Of a DNA stretch of 64,000 nt, positions 50,163 through 60,785 are shown piece after piece. Origin of the DNA: Theionarchaea archaeon. GTDB lineage: Archaea > Methanobacteriota_B > Thermococci > Methanofastidiosales > SZ-28-30. The notes under the pieces are model-generated. The model worked only from the letters and a program-made list of their open reading frames with translations, was not told the origin of the DNA and searched no databases. The DNA is taken from positions 1 to 64,000 of the forward strand of contig JACVGT010000010.1 in the NCBI GenBank assembly GCA_018992685.1. The letters run 5' to 3'. A program made the position numbers and the translations under genes. The number at the start of each line of letters is the position of its first letter. Within the stretch, counting starts at the first letter, position 1.

Positions 50163-50333
50163 ACTACTACCTCCATATTCATGACTTACAAAAAGTCATG
50201 GACTGCCTGTTTTTAAATTTCTGGTATGTCACAACCGGTACAAAGTGGAGCAAAGAAAAGCCAGTGGCTGTCTATACAGGAGAGAACACTCAAGAGAAGA
50301 CCTCCTGCACCGTGGAACTTACTCTTGTGAATC

Positions 50334-51581
50334 CTACCGATTTACAAGATCATATGCATGCTCTCGTGCCTTTTCAACAATGTCCTCTTCATGAAGGGTC
50401 TTTAGTACCCTATTTTCCATGATGACTTCTCCATCTATGATGACCGTGTCCACTGCCGAGGAATTTGCAGCATACACTACATTTGAAAGCACATCATGTC
50501 GGGGAGTCATGCACGGGTTCCTTAAATCTATTAATATAATATCTGCCAGGAACCCTTCTTCTATTCTTCCTATTTTCCACTTCAGTGCAGTGCCGCCGTT
50601 TTCAGTGGCAATCTTCACTGCTGCACGTGACGTCATAGCAGAAGGGTCGTTCAATTTCTGCAACAAGGTCATCAACCGCATTTCCGCAAAAAGGTCCAGT
50701 GTATTATTTGAGGCCGCTCCATCTGTTCCCAGGGCAACACAGATCCCTTTCTTGATCATGCTAGCCACAGGAGCAATCCCATTGGCCAGTTTCAAATTGG
50801 AAGAAGGGCAGTGCAGCACTTTTACTCCATGTGTTTTCAGGATGTCCAGTTCCTTGTCAGTTGCGTGAACCACGTGGGCTGCGCACACATTATTCTTCAG
50901 AAATCCTGAAGATTCCAGAAATTCAATGGGTGGTTTCTCGTGGGCTTTCGAGAAGTTCTCAACCCAATCTTTTGACTCATGAAGGTGGATGTGAACGAGT
51001 TTGCTCAACTTCTGGGCATGATCCTGTACTTTGAGTAGATATTCTGGCGAACAGGTCGAGGGGGAGTGGGGACCAAATGAGGTATCAATCCGGGATTCAG
51101 TGCGTAGTGTGTCCATGAATTGCAGTCCCGCTTGTAGCATGTGCCCTGCTCGCTCTGGATTTCCAAATTCGGCCAAAGGGTAAGAAATGACAGCTCGCAT
51201 TCCTGATTCCTTGACTGCCTTTACGGCTTGATCAGGGTAGAAATACATGTCGTGAAAACACGTGGTCCCGGATTTGATCATTTCAACACTACCCAGCAGA
51301 TTACCGTAGTAGCAGTCTTCAGGAGTCAGGTTCATCTCCCTGGGCCAGATGTAGTCTCTTAACCATTCAGTGAGCGGCACATCATCTGCATATCCTCTGA
51401 GAAGCGTCATGGCTAAATGAGTATGAGTGTTAACCAGACCGGGCAGAACCAGATGGTTGGAGGCATCTATGACATCGGAGCCTGAAAGGGATGTCCCTAC
51501 TTCGGTTATGGTAGTACCGTCTACTGCAACATCCTTCTTTTCCAACCTTGTGGTGAGAACCCAGCCATTCTTGATGAGCAT
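50334..51581 (-). CDS. mtaD: Amidohydrolase, 5-methylthioadenosine/S-adenosylhomocysteine deaminase-like
   Basis: NTHTHLAM, HIHLHE, HCPSSNLKL and GTDGAASNN motifs. Confidence 0.8.
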   Translation of the reverse strand: MLIKNGWVLTTRLEKKDVAVDGTTITEVGTSLSGSDVIDASNHLVLPGLVNTHTHLAMTLLRGYADDVPLTEWLRDYIWPREMNLTPEDCYYGNLLGSVEMIKSGTTCFHDMYFYPDQAVKAVKESGMRAVISYPLAEFGNPERAGHMLQAGLQFMDTLRTESRIDTSFGPHSPSTCSPEYLLKVQDHAQKLSKLVHIHLHESKDWVENFSKAHEKPPIEFLESSGFLKNNVCAAHVVHATDKELDILKTHGVKVLHCPSSNLKLANGIAPVASMIKKGICVALGTDGAASNNTLDLFAEMRLMTLLQKLNDPSAMTSRAAVKIATENGGTALKWKIGRIEEGFLADIILIDLRNPCMTPRHDVLSNVVYAANSSAVDTVIIDGEVIMENRVLKTLHEEDIVEKAREHAYDLVNR

Positions 51582-51741
51582 ATAAAGAAAGGAAATACGG
51601 AACATATGAAGGTATGCACAGGGGTTCCAGCACCACCTCTTGGAGGAAAAAGCAAATACCGTAAGGAAGAAGCCCCTCCAGCACGACATCACGCACGGTG
51701 AACGGAATCTGCTGAACTACCTGAGAGAGTGGAAAAGGAGT

Positions 51742-52182
51742 TCAGGCACCTGCACCGCTGTTGCTCGCATAGGTAGCGAAGGATACGAAAGCCCACACCA
51801 CCACCATAAGGGCCAGTTTCCACTTGTTTCTGCCCAGTTCCCTGTCGACAATCCATTTCGGAACAAAAACCAGAAAACTGTAGAGCGAGATCCCCACAGG
51901 TATGGCAAGCACCATGATAGGAAGTGTGAAAAGAAGCGCGTTTTGAGTGAAGACTATCTCCACAATGAAGACTTCCATGAGGGTCGCCATGAAGATTCTA
52001 TGATTACTCCACATTCTCTTATAGATGAGAACTGCAAAAATCAGTGGAAATCCAATATAAAAAATCCATATTTCTGGCCAGAAACTCAGCCATCTCTGTA
52101 AATCCGGCTGGAAAGCAGTAGTCCATTCAACAATCAGCCAGAAAATCACACTTATAGCAAAATACTTCACGAACTTGCTCAT
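51742..52182 (-). CDS. Hypothetical membrane protein
   Basis: About five hydrophobic segments. Confidence 0.6.
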   Translation of the reverse strand: MSKFVKYFAISVIFWLIVEWTTAFQPDLQRWLSFWPEIWIFYIGFPLIFAVLIYKRMWSNHRIFMATLMEVFIVEIVFTQNALLFTLPIMVLAIPVGISLYSFLVFVPKWIVDRELGRNKWKLALMVVVWAFVSFATYASNSGAGA

Positions 52183-52417
52183 GAAGCATATGGCAGCCCT
52201 GGACTATTAAGGTTATCGCTCTTGGATTGATGTCGCTGTTTTCTGTATGAGAGAGGTTTCCTGCCCTGAACATTAGGTCCCCGTGTTTTCCTTTCATGAA
52301 AGAAGAGCTGCGGATTTTGGGGAGATCCACCCTGCATGAGACAGGTGACATCTCTGCAAAGCGAAGACACAGAAAAGAGAGGATTTATACTATTCTTCAG
52401 GTGCTTCTTCCCCATTT

Positions 52418-52699
52418 TCAGGGCCGGGGGCTCTGTCTTCCAGAGTGCTTCTTATGACGAACATAGGAAGCATATTCAGATCTGAGAGCTTCTACATAGA
52501 TATTTTCAGAAGGTGGGCTCACGTAATTCCTCTTTCTTACGCCCTCTAGTATCTCCTTTTCTTCTAGAGTGTCAGGCATTCGGTCCTTAGACATCCATTC
52601 GTCGAACAGATCTGTCAGTCCAATGAGACCTACCATCTGGGTTCCCATTTTAACCATGATCACAGCAGGATCTCTCTTACACGAACATCCTCGTTCCAT
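52418..52699 (-). CDS. Small hypothetical protein
   Basis: MERGCSC...VGLIGL...RNYV.P..E..Y..AL..EY; GAGGT upstream; co-oriented with its neighbours. Confidence 0.6.
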   Translation of the reverse strand: MERGCSCKRDPAVIMVKMGTQMVGLIGLTDLFDEWMSKDRMPDTLEEKEILEGVRKRNYVSPPSENIYVEALRSEYASYVRHKKHSGRQSPRP

Positions 52700-52762
52700 A
52701 GTCTCGACCTCTGATTTCCTTTTGCTGCACTTCCTGAAGCTCAATGAACATATAAATGTTTT

Positions 52763-53578
52763 TCAATATATCAGTATATCAGACTCACTGATTCTCCTTC
52801 TTGCACACTCAAGATCTCCCACTATCTCCATTTTTCGGACGTCGCCTTCCCCTAACCCCCTCCTGGCAGCTTCCTGTATCACAGGCATCTCAAGAGGGTC
52901 CAGCCCACAGAGTGAAGCTCCTATGGCTTCCACTGCTACAGCATCCCTGCCCACCACAAGAATATTGAGTTCAGCCTCCCTGTTCTCACCATCTGGTGTC
53001 TCCACAAACATGTACGTCCCATCTAGAACGGCAAGGTCTATCCCCTTGACTGCTTCATAGGCATCAAGCAGTGTGTCAACAAGCTTCTCATGAAATCTCT
53101 CTTTTTCTCGATCGGGGACCAGCCCCAGGAGATTCTTCAGGATACTCCCCACCTGAGCTCTTCGAAGGACGTGCGTACTCACGAGAATATGTGGGTTGAA
53201 CAGAATGTGAGAAAATTCCAGGGATTCGTGAGCTACAGCCACAGGTCTCTTTTCTGGATCTCCAGATAGGTCGAAGGGGACCACCTTGTCACTGAAGACT
53301 TCCTTATAGATCTGCAGCCTGTCTAGGGCCTTTCCTTTGTAGTTGTCTGACTCAGCTACGTGAACTACTGGCGCTCTATCAAACCACCGGGCGATAGCAT
53401 TCACAGCCTGCGGGGTCGTATGGTGGTGTCCTTCCATATGGTTGAAGATGCCTACTTTGACAGTGACGGGGTTCGCTTTAGTGTTTATGTCATCAAGCCC
53501 TCCTATGAGGGTAACTGCCCTTTCGAAAGCCTTGTATACATCCTTCCCAATATCAACCACAGCAACTCTTGGTTTCAT
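52763..53578 (-). CDS. DUF362-family protein
   Basis: LKNLLG...H, LAVLDG and DAVAVEA motifs. Confidence 0.75.
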   Translation of the reverse strand: MKPRVAVVDIGKDVYKAFERAVTLIGGLDDINTKANPVTVKVGIFNHMEGHHHTTPQAVNAIARWFDRAPVVHVAESDNYKGKALDRLQIYKEVFSDKVVPFDLSGDPEKRPVAVAHESLEFSHILFNPHILVSTHVLRRAQVGSILKNLLGLVPDREKERFHEKLVDTLLDAYEAVKGIDLAVLDGTYMFVETPDGENREAELNILVVGRDAVAVEAIGASLCGLDPLEMPVIQEAARRGLGEGDVRKMEIVGDLECARRRISESDILIY

Positions 53579-53767
53579 ATTCTGGCATTACCCGCATTCA
53601 CTAAAACCTTTCTACACCTTTATGAGTTACCTGACGAATTGCGCAATTTCTTCATGCACAACCTATATATTCCCAGATCCGCGAAAAGAGGGTTTGAGAA
53701 AGTCCCTGTGAGGGCTGGAAGAGTTGCGCATTCCCTGTGACAACACTCTGGAATGGGAGGCTAGAAA

Positions 53768-54142
53768 ATGGCAAAAAAATCCAAAGTTGAAGAGTTGACA
53801 GATCTCTTGAAGATCCTAGAAGCGACAACTCCGGATATCGAGGCGTCTGCCGTAGTATCGGTGGACGGGTTAATGATCGCATCAGCCCTGCCACGAGATG
53901 TTGAAGAGGATAGGGTAGCTGCTATGTCAGCTGCTATGCTGTCGCTAGGTGAGAGAACAGCTAGGGAGCTAGCGAGAGGAGGACTCTCTGAAGTCTATGT
54001 GAAGGGAGAGAATGGGTACGTGGTCTTGATGGCATCTGGTGAAAATGCAGTGTTAACGGCTCTCGCACGAAAAGATGCAAAACTGGGACTGGTATTCCTG
54101 GATATGAAGAGGACAGCAGAAGAAGTGGCAGAACTGGTGTGA
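53768..54142 (+). CDS. Roadblock/LC7 (MglB-like) protein
   Basis: SAVVSVDGLMIAS, RVAAMSAAMLSLG and KLGLVFLD motifs. Confidence 0.92.
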   Translation: MAKKSKVEELTDLLKILEATTPDIEASAVVSVDGLMIASALPRDVEEDRVAAMSAAMLSLGERTARELARGGLSEVYVKGENGYVVLMASGENAVLTALARKDAKLGLVFLDMKRTAEEVAELV

Positions 54143-54146
54143 GGGT

Positions 54147-54773
54147 GTGAAGATGCCTGAAGCTAAGAGAGTCTCCAACTATGCAATGAGAAATTGGTTG
54201 GAATCAACCGAGTCCATTCTAGGGGCTAATGGACTCAAATCCGTCCTGAATCACAGCAATCTGAAAAAGTATATTGACAACTTCCCCCCGCCTGATTACG
54301 AAATGCAGATTCCTGAAGAGGATTTTAGAGGGTTTTTCAACTCTCTCATGGAATTGTTTGGGGAAAAAGGCAGTCGCAGTCTGCAACTCCGGATGGGTCG
54401 AGAGACGGTGAGGATAGACATTGAGAAGTATAACCAGAGACTCGTGAAGGCAATCTTACTGGCAGCGCGTCTCGTTCCAGAAACAAAGAAAATGCGATTG
54501 ATACTGGACAGATACAAAGAAGAGTATGAACGGTCCTATCACGACTCAATTGATATTCAGGAAAACGATGACCACTTCTTGGTGATTCAAAAAGCCTGTT
54601 TCATGAGTGAAGGAGTTACATCTCAGGTTTCCGTCTGTGGTGTTTTGGTGGGTGCGATCGAGTACTCCATAGAATGGGTCACAGGGCATAGGCATAAGGT
54701 AGAAGAGATTGAATGCAGAGCCATGGGACATCCTGCTGATGTTTTCAGGATTTCAAAGGCTGTAGAAGAGTAG
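54147..54773 (+). CDS. V4R (4-vinyl reductase) domain protein
   Basis: C...VC....G...W..G...VEEIECRAMG...DVF pattern. Confidence 0.8.
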   Translation: MKMPEAKRVSNYAMRNWLESTESILGANGLKSVLNHSNLKKYIDNFPPPDYEMQIPEEDFRGFFNSLMELFGEKGSRSLQLRMGRETVRIDIEKYNQRLVKAILLAARLVPETKKMRLILDRYKEEYERSYHDSIDIQENDDHFLVIQKACFMSEGVTSQVSVCGVLVGAIEYSIEWVTGHRHKVEEIECRAMGHPADVFRISKAVEE

Positions 54774-54918
54774 GGGTGATTTCAGAAGAGCCTCTCTTTG
54801 TGATCAGAAATGGATCGTGTGTTTTAGGAGAGATAAATAGTTGTTTTCTTTCTATTTTCCTGCGAACATTCCTCTTTTCAGGTAATATTTCTTCTCAGGG
54901 AAACGCGAGGTGTGTCAA

Positions 54919-55113
54919 ATGACTCTTGTAACGAAAACTGACAACTTTCTCATGAGAACTTATTTGACGACTGTTCAAACCGTTCTCGGACCTAACGGGC
55001 TAAAATCAATCCTGATTTAGAGCCATCTGGAAAAATACATTGATTCTCTCCCCCCGGATAACAACGAGCTGGAAATTCAAGTATCCTTTGCAAGTCTCCA
55101 ATCGTGTCTCTAG
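54919..55113 (+). pseudogene. Truncated V4R paralog with an internal stop
   Basis: MTLVTKTDNFLMRTYL...LGPNGLKSILI*SHLEKYIDSLPP matches the N-terminus of 54147-54773; TAG at 55018; similarity is lost after about 55 codons. Confidence 0.8.
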
Positions 55114-55285
55114 AAATCTGTCTAAAGGTTGTTGGATTCTAAACCTTTAAATGCATAAACCCATGAAACATCACCAAACCCATGGAACTATTCATATGGT
55201 TCTTACACATATTTATGTTAATTCTCAAGTGGATAGGCATGGAAATGTACAAAAACGTTTATAAATCAGCAACCGAAGAAAAAGC

Positions 55286-56191
55286 ATGAAACTCTGGAAA
55301 GTGGGGAAAGTCAAGAAAGTCTACGAAGTGTCCCCCACGGAGCTCGAGTTTGAGTTTACCGATCAAATTTCTGTCTTTGACAAAATTATCCCATCATTGA
55401 TACCTCGGAAAGGGGAGACCCTATGCCGGACCAGTGCATACTGGTTTCAGCGCGCACACGCCATGGGATTGAAGACTCACTTTCAGGAAATGAAAGCTCC
55501 CAATAGAATGAGAGTATCCAGAGTGAAAATGCTTGAATCACCTTCTCAATCTGACATGGGTTATTTAGTACCTTTAGAGTTTATCGCTCGCTACTACGTG
55601 GCAGGTTCTCTGCTGGATAGAGTGAAGGCTGGAGACATTGCTCCTAGATCACTGGGAGTAACCCAGGTGGAGTACGGGACTCCATTACCAGACCCTTTCA
55701 TTGAAGTGACCACCAAACTGGAGAAAGTTGACAGACCACTCAAGAAACAGGAAGCCCTTCACCTTGCAGGACTGACCAGTCAGGAGTATGACGAGATTGT
55801 AGAGATCATTTTGAAGATTGATAGAGATATTGATGAGCAAGTTACGAAGAGGGGATTAATCCATGTAGATGGAAAAAAGGAATTTGCGTTCAATAGTAAG
55901 AGGGATATCATGGTGGTAGATACCTACGGGACCGCCGATGAAGACAGGTTCTGGGATCTTCGTTCGTATGAGGAAGGAACATGCATTGAGCTGAGCAAGG
56001 AGGTTGTGCGTCAATATTACAGAGACACAGGATATCATAAAGCTCTGAATGATGCTCGGGCAAGAAGAGCTCCCGAACCAGATATCCCACCGTTGCCGCC
56101 AGATGTGGTGGAAAAAACACGCCAATTGTACCAGAAGTTGTACTTCCAAATTACAGGAGAGACCATTCATGAAGGCAGAAATCAAAGTTGA
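55286..56191 (+). CDS. purC: SAICAR synthetase
   Basis: GKVKKVY, DQISVFD, PLEFIAR and VDGKKEF motifs. Confidence 0.93.
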   Translation: MKLWKVGKVKKVYEVSPTELEFEFTDQISVFDKIIPSLIPRKGETLCRTSAYWFQRAHAMGLKTHFQEMKAPNRMRVSRVKMLESPSQSDMGYLVPLEFIARYYVAGSLLDRVKAGDIAPRSLGVTQVEYGTPLPDPFIEVTTKLEKVDRPLKKQEALHLAGLTSQEYDEIVEIILKIDRDIDEQVTKRGLIHVDGKKEFAFNSKRDIMVVDTYGTADEDRFWDLRSYEEGTCIELSKEVVRQYYRDTGYHKALNDARARRAPEPDIPPLPPDVVEKTRQLYQKLYFQITGETIHEGRNQS

Positions 56192-56390
56192 GTTAAAGGA
56201 GGGCGTTTTCGACCCTGAGGGAGAGAATATAAAGAAAGCGCTCCATTTGTTGGGATTTTCAGGAGTACAGAATGTCAAACTGGCCAAAGTATACACCATT
56301 GAAATGGACAAGGAAGAGAATGTGCAGGAGATGTGCACCAAGCTGCTGACCAACCCTGTTATCCACATGTATGATATCAGGAAGGGATGA
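56169..56390 (+). CDS. purS: FGAM synthase subunit PurS
   Basis: [10 protein letters not shown] and [11 protein letters not shown] motifs. Confidence 0.9.
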   Translation: MKAEIKVELKEGVFDPEGENIKKALHLLGFSGVQNVKLAKVYTIEMDKEENVQEMCTKLLTNPVIHMYDIRKG

Positions 56391-56391
56391 C

Positions 56392-58656
56392 ATGGATGTG
56401 CCAGTCTTAACCTCAAACGAGGAAGAACTCAAGGAGATCAGTCGGGCAACAGGTGTTGGCCTGGAACTGCAGGAGATGCAGCAGGTCAAAGAATACTTCC
56501 AGAGGAAGAAGAGAAACCCCACGGATGTGGAGCTACAGGCTCTGGGCCAGGCCTGGTCAGAACACTGCAGCTATAAGACGTCCATGCCCATTCTGAAAGA
56601 GGTCTTGCTGACCATTGAGGCGTCCCAGAACATGGTGGTAGTGGAAGAGGACGCCGGGGTTGTCACATTTGACGAAGACCATGCGTATGTCATTGCATTT
56701 GAGAGCCACAACCATCCCTCTGCCATTGAACCCTATGGTGGAGCAGCCACGGGAATTGGAGGAATCCTGAGAGACGTGGTATGCATGGGAGCCCAGCCCG
56801 TGGCTTTGATTGACCCTCTGTTTTTTGGCCCTCTTGACTATGCTGACTCTCTACCCAGAGGGGTCAAGCATCCCAAGTTCTTGTTTTCAGGTGTGGTGGC
56901 AGGCATAAGGGACTATGGAAACAGAGTGGGCATTCCCACTGTGGCAGGGCAGGTATGCTTTCATCCGGGATATGTGTCTAACTGTATTGTCAACGTGGGA
57001 TGCATAGGCATTGTCAAGAAGGAGGACATCATCCATAGCAGGGTGGGGGCGCCTGGAGATTACTTTGTGTTGGCGGGAGGACGCACGGGAAGAGACGGTA
57101 TTCACGGGGTGACCTTTGCTTCTGCAGAGCTCCATGAAAACTCAGAGCACGAATCCCGGAGTGCTGTGCAGGTGGGGGATCCCATTCTCAAAGAGCCCCT
57201 GATTCACGCGTGTCTGGAAGCCAATGGGAAAAAGTTGCTCTCAGGGATGAAAGACCTGGGAGGAGGAGGATTGTCCTGTGCCGTGGGTGAAATGGCCTAT
57301 GCAGCAGGATATGGAGCTGAGGTGACGCTGGATACTGTCCCACTGAAGGAAACAGGAATGGAATCGTGGGAGATCTGGGTTTCTGAATCCCAGGAACGAA
57401 TGATGCTTTCTGTTCCTGTGGAGAACGTGGATGAAGTAAAGAGCATTTTTGATGGATGGGATGTTCCCTGTACTGTCATTGGAAGAGTTATCCCGGAAAA
57501 GGTATTGAGAATTACTCACAAGGGAAAGAAAATTTTGGAGATGGAGCTTGATTTTCTCACCAAGTCTCCCCGGTACAGGAGACCCTACACTGTAAGAACT
57601 ATTCATCCTGTGGTGCCGGAACTGGAACCACCCACAAACTATAATGAGGTACTGCTCGAATTGCTATCATCACCCAATATTTGTTCAAGAGAGTGGGTAA
57701 TCAGGCAGTATGACCATGAAGTGAGAGGTTCTACTGTCATCAAGCCCTTGAATGGGAAGATCGGGTACTACACTCACGGGGATGCTGCCATCATGCGGCC
57801 TTTGAGGAGTTCATACCAGGGACTGGCCATCACTGCGGACGTCAACCCCCGGTGGGTGGAACTTGATCCCTATTGGGGAGCAGCAGCCACCGTGGATGAA
57901 GTGTGCAGAAACCTGGTCTCAGTGGGCGCTGTACCTCATTCTCTGGCAGACTGCCTCAATTTTGGCAACCCTGAAAAGCCCGAACGCTTGGGTGATTTCT
58001 TCCAGGTGGCAGAGGGACTTCACCTGGTGGCAAGCGCTATGAATATTTCCTTTGTCTCAGGGAACGTGAGTTTCTATAATGAGAGCCATTCTGGAGCCAT
58101 CCCACCCACCCCAACCATTCTGGGAGTAGGCATTGTGAGGGATTTACGCTGCGCCGTTACAGCAGATTTGAAAGCGTCAGGTAACAGCCTGTACCAGGTG
58201 GGCACTGCACAGGAGGAGATGGGCGGTTCAGAGTATTACCAGGTGCGACACGTTACAGGAAATCAGATCCCGCAGACATCCCCCGGTGTTCTGAGAAGGA
58301 GGACATCAGCTCTCCTGGCTGCAATAGAGAAAGGCTGTGTGGCCAGCTGCCATGACATATCCCACGGTGGGCTGGGTGTCTGTCTTTCTGAAATGGCTCT
58401 TGGGGGAAACCATGGCGTTTCAGTAACAGTTGATGACAGGAACCTGGAGACTGCTTTATTCAGCGAATCTCCTTCCCGATGGGTAGTAGAGGTTGTGAGA
58501 GGAAAAGAAGATGAGTTTGAACACGTGCTAGGGGAAGATGCCCACAGAATAGGTGCGGTCACTGATGGATTTCTTACTATTAACCCCGTTATTAACCTGC
58601 CTTTGGACCAGGTTCGAGCTGCATGGGAGGACACCCTGTGGAGGATGATGGGATGA
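56392..58656 (+). CDS. purL: FGAM synthase subunit PurL
   Basis: [22 protein letters not shown] and SGNVSFYN motifs. Confidence 0.96.
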   Translation: MDVPVLTSNEEELKEISRATGVGLELQEMQQVKEYFQRKKRNPTDVELQALGQAWSEHCSYKTSMPILKEVLLTIEASQNMVVVEEDAGVVTFDEDHAYVIAFESHNHPSAIEPYGGAATGIGGILRDVVCMGAQPVALIDPLFFGPLDYADSLPRGVKHPKFLFSGVVAGIRDYGNRVGIPTVAGQVCFHPGYVSNCIVNVGCIGIVKKEDIIHSRVGAPGDYFVLAGGRTGRDGIHGVTFASAELHENSEHESRSAVQVGDPILKEPLIHACLEANGKKLLSGMKDLGGGGLSCAVGEMAYAAGYGAEVTLDTVPLKETGMESWEIWVSESQERMMLSVPVENVDEVKSIFDGWDVPCTVIGRVIPEKVLRITHKGKKILEMELDFLTKSPRYRRPYTVRTIHPVVPELEPPTNYNEVLLELLSSPNICSREWVIRQYDHEVRGSTVIKPLNGKIGYYTHGDAAIMRPLRSSYQGLAITADVNPRWVELDPYWGAAATVDEVCRNLVSVGAVPHSLADCLNFGNPEKPERLGDFFQVAEGLHLVASAMNISFVSGNVSFYNESHSGAIPPTPTILGVGIVRDLRCAVTADLKASGNSLYQVGTAQEEMGGSEYYQVRHVTGNQIPQTSPGVLRRRTSALLAAIEKGCVASCHDISHGGLGVCLSEMALGGNHGVSVTVDDRNLETALFSESPSRWVVEVVRGKEDEFEHVLGEDAHRIGAVTDGFLTINPVINLPLDQVRAAWEDTLWRMMG

Positions 58657-59417
58657 GCCCCATTAAAGTATGTATTCTGCGCATTGAAGGCACCAATTGT
58701 GAACAGGAAACGTTTGATGCATTTCTGGAACTTGGTGCCCACCCTGAAATGATCCATCTAAAGGAATTAACACCGGAAACCCTCTTAGAGTATCAGTGCT
58801 TGATGATCCCGGGAGGATTTTCCAGTGGCGATTATGTGCGGGCTGGAGCCATTTTTGCGGCTCGCATGAAGAGCAGGCTCTTTTCTGCACTAAAAAAGTA
58901 TGTCGAACACGGGTATCCCGTGGGGGGGATTTGCAATGGATTTCAAGTGTTGGTGGAGCTGGGATTCTTGCCTCGTCTTTCAGATCACCCCGAGGCATGC
59001 TTGGCCACCAATGATTCTGCACGGTTTGAGTGCAGGCCGACCCTCCTTAAACTGGAGAACCACTGTGCATTCACCCAGAAAATGGACATCGGCTCGATCT
59101 ATGAAATACCATCAGCACACGCTGAAGGGAAGTTTGTGTCACCATATATTGAAGAGCTGATGGAGAATGGACAGGCCATCTTCAGGTATGTGAATCCCCA
59201 AGGGGAATACGCGGGGTACCCGTGGAACCCCAATGGGTCACAGTACAGTATTGCGGGTGTGACGAACGAGCAGGGGAACGTGTTCGGTATGATGCCCCAT
59301 CCCGAGCGAGCATTTCACATATATCAAAATCAGGAATGGACAAGACACAGCAGTACAGCAGGCGGTCATGGCCGGCTTGTCTTTGAGTCTGTTATAGAAT
59401 ATGCCAGGAGGCTTTAG
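58653..59417 (+). CDS. purQ: FGAM synthase glutaminase subunit PurQ
   Basis: GTNC, PGGFS.GD, GICNGFQ and MMPHPER motifs. Confidence 0.96.
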   Translation: MSPIKVCILRIEGTNCEQETFDAFLELGAHPEMIHLKELTPETLLEYQCLMIPGGFSSGDYVRAGAIFAARMKSRLFSALKKYVEHGYPVGGICNGFQVLVELGFLPRLSDHPEACLATNDSARFECRPTLLKLENHCAFTQKMDIGSIYEIPSAHAEGKFVSPYIEELMENGQAIFRYVNPQGEYAGYPWNPNGSQYSIAGVTNEQGNVFGMMPHPERAFHIYQNQEWTRHSSTAGGHGRLVFESVIEYARRL

Positions 59418-60785
59418 ATGTGCGGGATTGTGAGTATTGCGGGACAGAAAGATAATGCCTCTCAGTTGGCGCTGGAGAGTCTCATGAGCATCCAGCACCG
59501 GGGACAGGATTCCTGTGGCATTCTCTGCTATAATGACACGATCGTCCTGAAGAAAGGGACTGGACTCGTTTCTGATGTATTCTCAAACTGGAACGCCCAG
59601 AAGAGCAGACTGGCCATAGGTCATGTGAGATACCCTACTATAGGGACTGATCCAGCCAGAGATGCCCAGCCCTTCTATGTCAACTATCCCTACGGGCTGG
59701 GGCTGTGCCACAACGGGAATATTGTCAACTATTGCGAATTGCGTGAAGAACTTATGGAGAGAAAGAGGAGGCTGCAGTCCAGTTGTGATGGTGAGCTATT
59801 GCTGAATGTCATGGCCGAGGAGCTCATTGACAATGAACTGGATCAAGCAGTAGAAAATGTAATGAACAGGACACTGGGCAGTTACTCGGCTGTTTCTATC
59901 ATTGCTGATAACCAGGGAAAAGTCGTTGTGTTCAGGGATCCGTGGGGAATCAGACCGCTGGTGTTCGGGGAGAAGGGAGGGTTCATGGCAGCTTCAGAAT
60001 CCGTAGCCCTGGACAAGTTGGGTATCCCTGCCAGTGATGTCCACCCCGGCGAAATGATCGTCCTGGACGGGTCAGACCTGATTCGGACCCAGTTGAGAAA
60101 AGAAAGACACGCTCACTGCATGTTTGAATGGGTGTATTTTTCTAGGGCAGACTCAGTTATTGAAGGCAGCAGCGTGTATCAGGCACGACTGCAGCTGGGG
60201 AAGAACCTCAACCTGGAACAGGATGTCGACGTTGTCATTCCCGTTCCTGACACTGCCCGTCCAGCGGCTTTAGGGTTTGCGGAACAACACAGTATTACCT
60301 ACCGTGAGGGATTGATTAAGAACAGGTACGCAGGGAGAAGCTTTATCATGGGCACACAGCAGAAGCGAGAACGTGCCGTATCCAAGCTCAATGTCATCAA
60401 GTCTGAGGTAAAAGGCAAGAAAATCGCGCTAATTGATGACTCCATTGTGAGGGGGACAACCTCTCGGAAGATTGTATCCCTCATCAGGAAGGCCGGTGCA
60501 AGAGAAGTTCATGTGTACAGTTCGTGCCCCAGGATACTATATCCCTGTTTCTATGGTATTGATTTTCCTTCTAAAAAGGAACTCATTGCATCAAGAGACG
60601 AAATTAACTCAATAGGAGCAGATTCTGTCACGTACCAGACGCTCGATGGTCTCCGAAAGGCTGTGGGACTGGATGACTTATGCATGGCCTGCCTAGACGG
60701 AGATTATCCAGTAGAGTGCTGCACTGCTCAGTTTGAGACGTTGAGAGAAAAAGAACGGGAGGAATGTATATGGCAGGAATATTAG
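59418..60785 (+). CDS. purF: Amidophosphoribosyltransferase
   Basis: N-terminal MCGI, QHRGQD, GHVRY, HNGN and DDSIVRGTT motifs. Confidence 0.95.
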   Translation: MCGIVSIAGQKDNASQLALESLMSIQHRGQDSCGILCYNDTIVLKKGTGLVSDVFSNWNAQKSRLAIGHVRYPTIGTDPARDAQPFYVNYPYGLGLCHNGNIVNYCELREELMERKRRLQSSCDGELLLNVMAEELIDNELDQAVENVMNRTLGSYSAVSIIADNQGKVVVFRDPWGIRPLVFGEKGGFMAASESVALDKLGIPASDVHPGEMIVLDGSDLIRTQLRKERHAHCMFEWVYFSRADSVIEGSSVYQARLQLGKNLNLEQDVDVVIPVPDTARPAALGFAEQHSITYREGLIKNRYAGRSFIMGTQQKRERAVSKLNVIKSEVKGKKIALIDDSIVRGTTSRKIVSLIRKAGAREVHVYSSCPRILYPCFYGIDFPSKKELIASRDEINSIGADSVTYQTLDGLRKAVGLDDLCMACLDGDYPVECCTAQFETLREKEREECIWQEY

